In this document: in pieces, positions 1 to 7,257 of the stretch
How positions within the stretch are numbered: position 1 is the stretch's first letter
Layout: each line of letters starts with the position of its first letter
IMG/VR virus record: IMGVR_UViG_3300011334_000331
Span: 1-26,730 of that record
DNA: 26,730 nucleotides
Strand: one strand, 5' to 3'
Origin: a virus
Lineage: Duplodnaviria; Caudoviricetes
Translations under genes and position numbers: made by a program
The notes under the pieces: generated by a model
What the model was told of the DNA's origin: nothing
Database searches by the model: none
The model's input: the letters and a program-made list of their open reading frames with translations, nothing else

Positions 1-421
1 AGAATTTAACGCCGTTGCTGATAGCGCGTGCAAAAAGCATATTTTTCGGGAACTTTTCGATATTCTTTGTTTGTGCTTTTCTTGCATCCTCAATAGTAAA
101 AGTGCTATTCCCTAACTTTTCTTTGCCCTTGTAAAAGTCGATGCTGCAAACTTTGTCGGTTTGCTCAATCACTTTGTAGTCGTATTTGTTTGAGGCCTTG
201 ACATTGGCAGCCATAAGGCCTGCGCCTATTGTTGGTTTGCCCTGGATAATGTGAATGCCAGACATAGCGGCAAATGGTGGGATACCCATTTCGGCACCGG
301 CTTGAATCTTTACTACCGCCTGTGCGGCACTTTTAATATCGGGGAACATACCCGACTCGGCAAATGCTTTGCCGATGTTCATGATTTCGGTAGTGCTAAT
401 TGTTGATAGTTCTTGTTTCAT
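1..421 (-). CDS. RecT-like single-strand annealing recombinase (3' end runs off the window)
   Basis: Not in the ORF track; translated by hand from ATG at 421: MKQELSTISTTEIMNIGKAFAESGMFPDIKSAAQAVVKIQAGAEMGIPPFAAMSGIHIIQGKPTIGAGLMAA...KFPKNMLFARAISNGVKF. The G-x-E-x-G-x-x-P...IHIIQGKP and P-x-x-ML-x-x-RA segments are typical of phage RecT-like proteins. Confidence 0.75.
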   Translation of the reverse strand, partial: MKQELSTISTTEIMNIGKAFAESGMFPDIKSAAQAVVKIQAGAEMGIPPFAAMSGIHIIQGKPTIGAGLMAANVKASNKYDYKVIEQTDKVCSIDFYKGKEKLGNSTFTIEDARKAQTKNIEKFPKNMLFARAISNGVKF

Positions 422-441
422 TTGTTTTGTTTTTAAAGTTA

Positions 442-642
442 TTAATAAATACCGTGTTTTGCTAAGTAGGCATCTTGCTTTGCATTATCATCTTCCTCTT
501 GTCGTATGTCATCAATGCGTTGCTGGTGCGCCCTGTATATTTGTGCATTAGTGTAAGGCTGTACATCGCGTTTGTGCTTAGGTAGAATGTCTGTCGGCTC
601 AAGTTGCAAATGTACCCAGTTGTTGTATGCTGTTTCATTCAT
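442..642 (-). CDS. Small hypothetical phage protein (66 aa)
   Basis: ATG-started ORF that tiles with its leftward neighbours; no recognisable motif. Confidence 0.55.
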   Translation of the reverse strand: MNETAYNNWVHLQLEPTDILPKHKRDVQPYTNAQIYRAHQQRIDDIRQEEDDNAKQDAYLAKHGIY

Positions 643-651
643 ATCTGTAAT

Positions 652-897
652 TTAATTTAAGTAAATATAACCACTACCATTACAGTGTGGGCATTCATCA
701 ATTACTGTTGTTTTACATACAGCCGGACTATTGCCCATGCTCGTAGATGCTTTGGCATCTTCATTATAATACGTATTTTGCTCATCGTCGATTGGTTTTA
801 TAACGTGTTGATAATACAGCCAGGCTACCCAATAAAGCAAGCCGGCCGATAATACGAATAGTAATTCGCCTTTAGTTTGAATGAATAATATTAACAT
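652..897 (-). CDS. Small hypothetical protein with a putative N-terminal transmembrane segment and a C-terminal CxxCxGxG motif
   Basis: Hydrophobic stretch LLFVLSAGLLYWVAWLYY; ends CPHCNGSGYIYLN; start overlaps the stop of the upstream gene. Confidence 0.55.
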   Translation of the reverse strand: MLILFIQTKGELLFVLSAGLLYWVAWLYYQHVIKPIDDEQNTYYNEDAKASTSMGNSPAVCKTTVIDECPHCNGSGYIYLN

Positions 898-1094
898 AGT
901 GCGCGGTTTATTTGTTGTAAATCCATTAACTCAATCTGGTTGTCGGTGTATTCGCTAACCCAGCGATTGCGCTCGATTGTATCTTCTGCAATCTCAATCA
1001 TGCGAAGGCAAGCTATACATTGTTTGTGAAGGAAACGTAGTTGTTCTGTGAAACTGTCTGTTGGGTTTGCGATTCGTGAAATTTGTGTTGTCAT
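891..1094 (-). CDS. Small hypothetical protein (67 aa, MTTQISRIANPT...)
   Basis: Start shortened from the ORF track's 1211 to the ATG at 1094, which has an A-rich leader and lies just downstream of a TATATTTG promoter box. Confidence 0.55.
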   Translation of the reverse strand: MTTQISRIANPTDSFTEQLRFLHKQCIACLRMIEIAEDTIERNRWVSEYTDNQIELMDLQQINRALC

Positions 1095-1120
1095 GTTGTT
1101 TTGTTTTAAATTGTGAAATG

Positions 1121-1151
1121 CAAATATAGTATCTTTTGCGATACAAACAAA
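1121..1151 (-). promoter_or_regulatory. Bacteroidota sigma70-type promoter with an overlapping GTATC-N6-GATAC palindrome
   Basis: Minus strand reads TATATTTG at 1121-1128 (TAnnTTTG -7 box) with TTTG at 1144-1151; GTATC ttttgc GATAC at 1129-1144 lies between them. Confidence 0.6.
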
Positions 1152-1152
1152 A

Positions 1153-1314
1153 TTATATTTTAATTGATAAAAACCAAACGCCTGCAATTTTACGCTGGTT
1201 GAATATACCAACCGTATTAGATCGGTTACCGTTGCAGATGCTCTTTATAGTACTGTTGCTCTTGCCGGTTAATTGTGCGGCCTCGTTTACTGTGATGTTT
1301 TTATGTGTTCTCAT
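1153..1314 (-). CDS. Small helix-turn-helix DNA-binding protein (excisionase/Cro-like, 53 aa)
   Basis: Below the ORF-track cutoff; hand translation MRTHKNITVNEAAQLTGKSNSTIKSICNGNRSNTVGIFNQRKIAGVWFLSIKI. The T-V-x-E-A-A-x-L-x-G-x-S-x-x-T-I pattern and the K-I-x-G-x-W wing fit HTH_17/Xis-like proteins. Confidence 0.7.
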   Translation of the reverse strand: MRTHKNITVNEAAQLTGKSNSTIKSICNGNRSNTVGIFNQRKIAGVWFLSIKI

Positions 1315-1318
1315 TTTG

Positions 1319-1346
1319 CAATGTTATGTATCTTATTTGATACAAA
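1319..1346 (-). promoter_or_regulatory. Second leftward promoter-like site with a TGTATC-N6-GATACA palindrome
   Basis: GTATC ttattt GATAC at 1328-1343; minus-strand TAACATTG (one mismatch to TAnnTTTG) at 1319-1326 and TTTG at 1343-1346; immediately upstream of the HTH gene. Confidence 0.5.
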
Positions 1347-1423
1347 AAAATTTATTTTATAAAAATAATATTGTAGTATTGCAATTCACTAAACCACAGC
1401 GGCTCTGGTTAATCCGTAATATT

Positions 1424-1723
1424 ATGGCAGATCAAACATTGTTGAAAGGCATTAGACTCTTTCAACCAAAACCAAATCAACCCGAATTCGTATTAGCATC
1501 GGGCGTAATCACTCTTAATGAGTTGGTAACATTCGCAAAGGAAAACCCACAGTTGTTAACCGAGTACAACGGCGAGAAACAACTTCGCATTCAGTTGCTA
1601 AAGTCAAAAGACGGCAAACCCTACATGACGGTTGATACCTGGAAGCCAGCAGAAACAAGCGCAGCGGCGTTTGAGGCTCCGAAATTAGCAACACCGGAAG
1701 AGCTAAATTCGCTTCCATTTTAA
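1424..1723 (+). CDS. Putative phage single-stranded DNA-binding protein (99 aa)
   Basis: True start taken as the ATG at 1424 (MADQTLLKGIRLF), not 1136. Beta-rich core, flexible tail ending in LPF as in SSB C-termini, and located at the head of the replication operon. Confidence 0.55.
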   Translation: MADQTLLKGIRLFQPKPNQPEFVLASGVITLNELVTFAKENPQLLTEYNGEKQLRIQLLKSKDGKPYMTVDTWKPAETSAAAFEAPKLATPEELNSLPF

Positions 1724-1730
1724 ATTAAAC

Positions 1731-1753
1731 GCCCCTATTGTAATGATAGGGGC
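1731..1753. other. Intergenic GC-rich hairpin (possible terminator or RNA-stabilising stem)
   Basis: GCCCCTAT-tgtaatg-ATAGGGGC, a perfect 8-bp stem; no clear U-tract on the plus strand. Confidence 0.45.
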
Positions 1754-1766
1754 ATAAATTACTCCT

Positions 1767-2201
1767 ATGAGTTGGACAGTTCGCTATAAATTAGCACATC
1801 ATGAATGGTGCAAACGCACCGCGCCGGAATACTTTGAAGCAGCCGGCGGTAATACTATGAGAGTTACTTACCCTTGCGTTACAAAGTCAAACGGTTTAAC
1901 ATCTGCAATATGCAAGTTTCTTGAATGGGAAGGCCACCGCGCAACGCGAATAAACACCGCTGGCCGAATAGTTGCAGGGCGTTATATTACATCCACAACC
2001 CGCAAAGGAACGGCTGACATTTCAGCAACTATAAAAGGCCGCGCCATAATGATTGAAATCAAAGTGGGTAAAGATAAACCTTCAGTGTACCAATTATCAG
2101 AACAACAACGCGAACGCGCAGCCGGTGGGATGTATGAGTTTATACATACAATACAGGAGTTTTTTATATTTTACGATAACCTTCTGGAAACACTAATTTA
2201 A
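1767..2201 (+). CDS. VRR-NUC / PD-(D/E)xK nuclease (Holliday junction resolvase-like)
   Basis: KGTADISATIKGRAIMIEIK followed by S-x-x-Q and a GG segment, the typical VRR-NUC pattern. Confidence 0.8.
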   Translation: MSWTVRYKLAHHEWCKRTAPEYFEAAGGNTMRVTYPCVTKSNGLTSAICKFLEWEGHRATRINTAGRIVAGRYITSTTRKGTADISATIKGRAIMIEIKVGKDKPSVYQLSEQQRERAAGGMYEFIHTIQEFFIFYDNLLETLI

Positions 2202-2229
2202 TTCCGAAAAACCCTTGCCTTTCAAACCC

Positions 2230-2319
2230 AATATAAAAATAGGAAGTAGAGAGCCTAATTTTATATTTTTTGCTCACTCAATACAAGGGCTAACTTTCTC
2301 TACAGTTGGCCCTTTTTTT
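2230..2319 (+). promoter_or_regulatory. Two-hairpin leader with complementary loops; the second hairpin is terminator-like
   Basis: Hairpin 1 at 2230-2267 has loop AAGTAGAGAG. Hairpin 2 at 2285-2314 has loop TTCTCTAC and is followed by a T-run, directly before the ATG at 2324. Confidence 0.6.
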
Positions 2320-2323
2320 ATTT

Positions 2324-4567
2324 ATGCAAATAATAAAAGAAACTTTACAAGCCTACAATGAATTAGGGTTGAGATCAATACCAATAGAATGGGATGAAGT
2401 AAACAAACAGCCGGTATCGCATCGTTTGTGGGCGGATAATGAAACACTGCCAGTGTATGAAAAGCACAACGCTTTAATGATTAAGACAGCCGGCGAGTGG
2501 GCGGCCATAGATTTTGATTTAAAAAATACAGACCGCAAAACAATATTTAAAGAATGGCAGGACATTGTATTGTATGCACGCCCCGAAATTTGGAACAAAA
2601 TTTATATTGAGCAAACCCGCAACGGTGGGTATCACGTTTGGATAAAATACAACAACTTAGAAAAAAAACTATCCTTGGCCGACAGCGACAAAGGCAGCGA
2701 AGTAATAGCTTTGTATGCAAAAGGGCCGCTGGTTTACACATGGCCAACGCCTGGGTATTTACAAACATCATCCTGCATGGACGATGTTACCGAATTAAGC
2801 GAAGATGAATTTAATTACCTTATTGAAACATCACAGCTATTTAATGAATACAAACCCTCATACGATCCAAACCTAAAAGCGGTATCGTATCCACGCGGCT
2901 ATGAGGATTTACTTTCACAGTTTGATAGTTCACTACCCGATGAACTTTGGATTCAGATTTTAAACGAAATAGGACTTTATGAAATAAGGAACCACCGTTA
3001 TAACCCGCGCGATAAATACACGGCCTACCATCGCAAAGGCAGCGAATCAAAAGGTATCAGTGCAAAGGTTTATACCAAAACAAAGCGCGTAATGATATTC
3101 AGTGCATCGATGCACGATTATCCAAACTGGCATAACAAACACGATTACCCTGTATGGTCGTTGCCGCCATCATTTGTATTGTTCTACAAGTTTGGCCGCT
3201 CATGGCCGGAAACATTGGACTATATTAATTTAATTATAGAGGCCGCCGGTATTGAAATCAAACAGCCAACAATTACGACCGACTTCCCGATGCACGTATT
3301 TCCCGATTGCATTCGCCGGTCGATGTTAGAGGTTAGCGAAGCGCGAAGTTTGGCACCTCAATTTGTTGCAACCGCTGGACTATGGACTATTAGCAGTCTT
3401 GCTGGAAGTAGGTATTATTCCGAGTTTAACGGCGATGGTAAGAACATATTATTTTGTTTAATGATTGCACCGGTCAGCGTTGGTAAAACACCAGCTTTTA
3501 GGGTAATGTGTGACACGCCTTTGAAGTTAGCAAATGAGCAATTTGACAAAAAGTATGCAGAAGATTACAAAGTTTATGTACAAGACAAAATGGCCAGCGA
3601 TAAAAAGAAAACTAACGCACCGGAACCCGAAAGGTACATACCTATTGCATACGATGGAACAACGGAAGGTTACACATCAAAGCACATGACACAGCCAAAC
3701 GGAATTGGTGTGTATCAAGATGAAGCCGAAACCATTTTAAACGCCGGTAGTTTCAAATCAAACAACGATGCAATAAGTTATTTTACTCAGGCGTTCAGTG
3801 GCGGCAGGGCAAACCAAATACGCGCCGATAAGTCAAAAGAAAGGGTAGTACCTCAAATGAATATAAACCTTTTAATGGGTACACAGCCAAGCCGCCTAAA
3901 AAACATATTTACAGAGGATAGGTTAAGCAGCGGTTTTGCATCCAGGTTCTTAATGGTCGAAGCCGATTACAAAGAATTGAATATAGATATTGATCCTTTT
4001 AGCGATAAAAAGGAAATGTGTGCGGAATGGGTTGAAATTGTTACAAACCTATTTTTTAGCGGGTTAGATTACAATCAAGGCAATGGCATTAAAACATTGG
4101 TAAGTATCACAGAAGGGGCTAAAAATGCCTATAGAACGTATTATAGAGAGTTACTTGTACAAGGCAATAGCAGAATAACAACAAAAGCGGAACAATACAT
4201 TATTGGAACCGAAGCCAAAATGAGTGCATACCTTCCACGTTTAATACAAGTGCTGGCAATATTACACGATAACGTAAGGCCGGTTATTACTGAACAGATT
4301 GTTCATTATGGATGGGAGTTGTATAAATATTATTCGGAATCAACGGTTCGCATCATTGGATCATTGCACAGCGAAATTGATACAGGCCTACCAAAAGAAT
4401 TGGAACTATTATACCAAACATTGCCAGAGGAATTTACCCGTAAGGAAGCCAGCGAAACTTGCATCCGTTTGAATTTAACTGATCGGCGGTTTGATGTTTC
4501 GATACGCCGTAAAGATTTCGGCAGCCTGTTTAGGAAGGTGGGGCAGGGTAAGTATATTAAAATATAA
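2324..4567 (+). CDS. Bifunctional primase-polymerase (Prim-Pol) fused to a DUF3987/YfjI-like P-loop helicase domain
   Basis: N-terminal AEP motifs AIDFD and TRNGGYHVW; C-terminal FP-x-x-VFP, Walker A APVSVGKT, Walker B YQDE, LLMGTQP and SGFASRFL. ATG 2324 is preferred over the TTG at 2306, which lies inside the hairpin. Confidence 0.85.
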   Translation: MQIIKETLQAYNELGLRSIPIEWDEVNKQPVSHRLWADNETLPVYEKHNALMIKTAGEWAAIDFDLKNTDRKTIFKEWQDIVLYARPEIWNKIYIEQTRNGGYHVWIKYNNLEKKLSLADSDKGSEVIALYAKGPLVYTWPTPGYLQTSSCMDDVTELSEDEFNYLIETSQLFNEYKPSYDPNLKAVSYPRGYEDLLSQFDSSLPDELWIQILNEIGLYEIRNHRYNPRDKYTAYHRKGSESKGISAKVYTKTKRVMIFSASMHDYPNWHNKHDYPVWSLPPSFVLFYKFGRSWPETLDYINLIIEAAGIEIKQPTITTDFPMHVFPDCIRRSMLEVSEARSLAPQFVATAGLWTISSLAGSRYYSEFNGDGKNILFCLMIAPVSVGKTPAFRVMCDTPLKLANEQFDKKYAEDYKVYVQDKMASDKKKTNAPEPERYIPIAYDGTTEGYTSKHMTQPNGIGVYQDEAETILNAGSFKSNNDAISYFTQAFSGGRANQIRADKSKERVVPQMNINLLMGTQPSRLKNIFTEDRLSSGFASRFLMVEADYKELNIDIDPFSDKKEMCAEWVEIVTNLFFSGLDYNQGNGIKTLVSITEGAKNAYRTYYRELLVQGNSRITTKAEQYIIGTEAKMSAYLPRLIQVLAILHDNVRPVITEQIVHYGWELYKYYSESTVRIIGSLHSEIDTGLPKELELLYQTLPEEFTRKEASETCIRLNLTDRRFDVSIRRKDFGSLFRKVGQGKYIKI

Positions 4568-4588
4568 AATAATTATTTGTATTTAATT

Positions 4589-4624
4589 AGCGGTGCAGCC
4601 TTTATGGTTTGCACCGTTTTTTTT
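4589..4624 (+). terminator. Intrinsic terminator after the primase/helicase gene
   Basis: CGGTGCAGCC-tttat-GGTTTGCACCG followed by 8 T. Confidence 0.75.
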
Positions 4625-4850
4625 GCATTTACATAGTGTTTAGTGAGTTAAACCTTTGACATTCAGACATTTGCATAATTGCACTAATGCACTACAAACA
4701 AAGAGGGGTTTATACAAATTTACTAATTATTATTATGTATTTATTATCTTATACATTTGCACTACATGTTATGCAAATGATTGATAATCAACAAGAAGTT
4801 TTGCACTTTGGCAGTGCAAATTCACTAAACGCAACAATGTTGCAAAAATA
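4625..4850. repeat. AT-rich non-coding region with TGCACT repeats (candidate replication origin)
   Basis: TGCACT at 4680, 4688, 4758 and 4802; TGCACTACA at 4688 and 4758; inverted repeat TTTGCACT/AGTGCAAA at 4800-4820; AT-rich core at about 4710-4757. Confidence 0.45.
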
Positions 4851-4877
4851 CTTGTAAAATATTTTGGTAGTAAATTG

Positions 4878-4885
4878 TATATTTG
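4878..4885 (+). promoter_or_regulatory. Bacteroidota -7 promoter box for the methyltransferase
   Basis: TATATTTG, 4 nt upstream of the ATG at 4890. Confidence 0.5.
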
Positions 4886-4889
4886 ATTT

Positions 4890-5915
4890 ATGAACCACAT
4901 CGGACTATTTGAAGGCATTGGCGGATTTTCACTTGCAGCACGCTGGATGGGATGGGAAACTATTGCATGGTGCGAATGGAACGAGTTTGGTCAAAAAGTA
5001 TTAAAACATCACTTTCCAAAAGCACAACCACATGGAGATATTACAAAAACAGACTTCACTATTTACCGAGGACAATGCGACATACTTACAGGAGGATTCC
5101 CATGCCAACCCTACAGCCTTGCAGGAAAGCGTAAGGGCAAAGAAGATGACCGCCACCTCTGGCCGGAAATGCTCCGAGCAATTACAGAAATTCAACCAAC
5201 TTGGGTTGTGGGCGAAAACGTTTTCGGACTTGTTAATTGGTCAGGAGGGTTGGTATTCAACGAAGTGCAAACTGACTTGGAAGCTCAGGGGTACGAAGTA
5301 TTCCCGTATGTACTGCCAGCTGCGGCCGTTAACGCTCCACACCGAAGGGATAGAATTTGGTTTGTTGCTAAAAACACCTTCAGCAATGGATGCCTACTCG
5401 GAAAAATTGAGCAAGAAAGAACAAAAGTTCGGAAATTCGGGAACACTTGCACAAGAAGTTCAGACAGGGTTCATATATCAAAGGGGAATGCTTCCCACCC
5501 CAACCGCAATCCAACGGGAAGACCCGGACAGGGTACAAGCATTGAAGGAATCGGGAGCAACCACAATGTTCAGCAGAGTGAATGGGGAAGCAAGACCGAA
5601 CTCAATATTAGACCATCTTCAGTTCCACAGAATGTTATGCACGCCAACGGCACAAGCAAGCAGGGGGAATACATCAGACAAAAGGGGGAAGGGAAATCTA
5701 ACAGACCAAATAGCAGAAATGGAGTTGACTATTGGCAAAACTTCCCAACTCAATCCCCCGTTTGTTCTGGAGATGATGGGCTTTCCTCCCGACTGGACTC
5801 TATTACCTTTCCTAAGTGGAGAAACGAATCCATAAAAGCAGCAGGCAACGCAATCGTTCCACAGGTAGCATATCAAATATTTAAAACTATAAAACTTTAC
5901 AATGAAAAACTTTAA
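4890..5915 (+). CDS. dcm: DNA (cytosine-5) methyltransferase, alpha polypeptide
   Basis: Motif I LFEGIGGF, IV GGFPCQPYS, VI ENV, VIII HRRDRIWFVA and X AAGNAIVPQVA. No recognisable motif IX in this frame. Confidence 0.9.
   Translation: MNHIGLFEGIGGFSLAARWMGWETIAWCEWNEFGQKVLKHHFPKAQPHGDITKTDFTIYRGQCDILTGGFPCQPYSLAGKRKGKEDDRHLWPEMLRAITEIQPTWVVGENVFGLVNWSGGLVFNEVQTDLEAQGYEVFPYVLPAAAVNAPHRRDRIWFVAKNTFSNGCLLGKIEQERTKVRKFGNTCTRSSDRVHISKGNASHPNRNPTGRPGQGTSIEGIGSNHNVQQSEWGSKTELNIRPSSVPQNVMHANGTSKQGEYIRQKGEGKSNRPNSRNGVDYWQNFPTQSPVCSGDDGLSSRLDSITFPKWRNESIKAAGNAIVPQVAYQIFKTIKLYNEKL
5032..5835 (+). CDS. Nested alternative-frame gene: putative beta polypeptide of the methyltransferase (motif IX)
   Basis: 267-codon ORF wholly inside dcm in the +1 frame; three L-x-T-P-x-A repeats and C-terminal LNPPFVLEMMGFPPDWT resembling C5-MTase motif IX. 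Confidence 0.7.
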   Translation: MEILQKQTSLFTEDNATYLQEDSHANPTALQESVRAKKMTATSGRKCSEQLQKFNQLGLWAKTFSDLLIGQEGWYSTKCKLTWKLRGTKYSRMYCQLRPLTLHTEGIEFGLLLKTPSAMDAYSEKLSKKEQKFGNSGTLAQEVQTGFIYQRGMLPTPTAIQREDPDRVQALKESGATTMFSRVNGEARPNSILDHLQFHRMLCTPTAQASRGNTSDKRGKGNLTDQIAEMELTIGKTSQLNPPFVLEMMGFPPDWTLLPFLSGETNP

Positions 5916-6204
5916 CACCATCCAGGAAGCAGAAAAATATGCAGTCGATTACTTTTACGAGCATCACGATTACGTTGGCGAGTTCGATTACCGCAACAAC
6001 AAAGGCATAATTCAGTTTTTTTCAGTTGACAGTCCAAACCGCTACCATACCTTTGAATGTACCGTGTTCGCATCCGAACCACTTAAACGCCCCGTTGGCA
6101 GACCTAAAGGGCCAGAAAAGGTTTACATTGGGTTTAAGATTGAGCCTAAGTACCATGCTGAAGTGAAGGCGTTGGTTAAGGAGTTTATACGCAATTCAAA
6201 ATAA
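5902..6204 (+). CDS. Hypothetical protein with an AT-hook-like GRP motif (possible DNA-binding)
   Basis: KRPVGRPKG followed by a short strand-helix segment; start overlaps the end of dcm. Confidence 0.55.
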   Translation: MKNFNTIQEAEKYAVDYFYEHHDYVGEFDYRNNKGIIQFFSVDSPNRYHTFECTVFASEPLKRPVGRPKGPEKVYIGFKIEPKYHAEVKALVKEFIRNSK

Positions 6205-6209
6205 GTTAG

Positions 6210-6217
6210 TAAATTTG
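6210..6217 (+). promoter_or_regulatory. Bacteroidota -7 promoter box for the packaging operon
   Basis: TAAATTTG, 13 nt upstream of the terS ATG. Confidence 0.45.
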
Positions 6218-6230
6218 GTAATTAAAAAAT

Positions 6231-6662
6231 ATGCCAGCACCAATAGGAAATAAATACGCTTTAGGGGCAAATTCTGGTAGGCCTGCTACTTATAAAGATT
6301 CTGAAAGTCTTTATACTGCCGTTATGGACTATTTTGAAGGATGCAATAAGCATGAAATAAAAGCAACAATTACTGGTTTAGCTTTGTTTTTAGGGTTTAA
6401 AAGCAGATCAAGTTTTGATGATTACAAAGAAAGAAGCGAAGAATTTTCGTACATAATAGAAAGGGCAAAATTAGCTGTTGAATATTCTTATGAATCATCT
6501 GGAACAGCCTTTGACATATTCGCATTAAAAAACATGGGCTGGAAGGATAAAACAGAAACTGGTTTAACTAACTCCAAAGGCGAAGATGTACAGCAACAGT
6601 TTATATTTACATTAGCACAAAATTGCCAGCCAATTGAAGATAGTAATACCATTACTAAATAA
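6231..6662 (+). CDS. terS: Terminase small subunit (P22 gp3-like DNA packaging protein)
   Basis: MPAPIGNKYA...GRPATY, TITGLALFLG and IFALKNMGWKDK are characteristic; first gene of the late operon. Confidence 0.85.
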   Translation: MPAPIGNKYALGANSGRPATYKDSESLYTAVMDYFEGCNKHEIKATITGLALFLGFKSRSSFDDYKERSEEFSYIIERAKLAVEYSYESSGTAFDIFALKNMGWKDKTETGLTNSKGEDVQQQFIFTLAQNCQPIEDSNTITK

Positions 6663-7257
6663 AGGCCCTTACGAGCAGCTACGTTATGCCATCCGTTCGA
6701 TGGCTACCGTTTACCCAAATGCAGATTTTATTTTGGTAGGTGGTAAGCCTAAATGGTACAAAGGGCAGCACATTGCGCACGAAGATTACCATCCTACAAA
6801 GAAAGAAGAAAACATCAGAGATAAAGTAATTGCCGGCTCTCAAGGGTTAGGCAATTTTCTTTTTGCCAATGATGATCACATATTGCAGTTTCCTATTATG
6901 GAAACTTACAACAAAGGCAAACTATCAGAAACAGTCAAAGGCCGCAACCCTTCTGGCAGTTATACAAGGTTATTACTTAATACCATTGCACAATATGGGG
7001 ATGTTGATAATGTAGATACTCACTGCCCGATGTGGATGAATAGTAATATGATAAAAAACACTAACTTTGAATGGCCACTGTTTGGTATAGGTTTTAAAAC
7101 TTGTTACGCCAAAGAAAACAAGATTGAATCTATTTTTATGAATGATTGCAAGGTTTCAAAGATACCACCACCGCGCCGTTGGTGGAGCATGACTGATGAT
7201 TTTGATACAAGGCAATTGAGCAGCATTTACCAGCAGCCGTCTAAATTTGAATTATGA
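6634..7257 (+). CDS. Stealth CR2-like sugar-phosphate transferase (GT-A-like)
   Basis: EQLRYAIRSM and FLFANDD resemble the Stealth CR2 ELRYSLRS and FLYFNDD motifs; TTG start overlapping terS. Confidence 0.6.
   Translation: MKIVIPLLNKGPYEQLRYAIRSMATVYPNADFILVGGKPKWYKGQHIAHEDYHPTKKEENIRDKVIAGSQGLGNFLFANDDHILQFPIMETYNKGKLSETVKGRNPSGSYTRLLLNTIAQYGDVDNVDTHCPMWMNSNMIKNTNFEWPLFGIGFKTCYAKENKIESIFMNDCKVSKIPPPRRWWSMTDDFDTRQLSSIYQQPSKFEL

Noticed and set aside
1095-1211. N-terminal extension of the 891..1211 ORF
   Set aside because: It overlaps the promoter/operator and the HTH gene; ATG 1094 fits better.
1136-1423. 96-codon N-terminal extension of the 1136..1723 ORF
   Set aside because: It runs antisense over the HTH gene and across the promoter region; ATG 1424 is the better start.
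4952-5134. Third-frame 60-aa ORF in dcm, and antisense ORFs 5001..5195 and 5619..5921
   Set aside because: Short and without motifs, unlike the 267-aa nested ORF.
5355-5380. Single frameshift joining the alpha and beta methyltransferase frames
   Set aside because: Motif X is back in the alpha frame, so two shifts would be needed. Two polypeptides is simpler, though a shift is not excluded.
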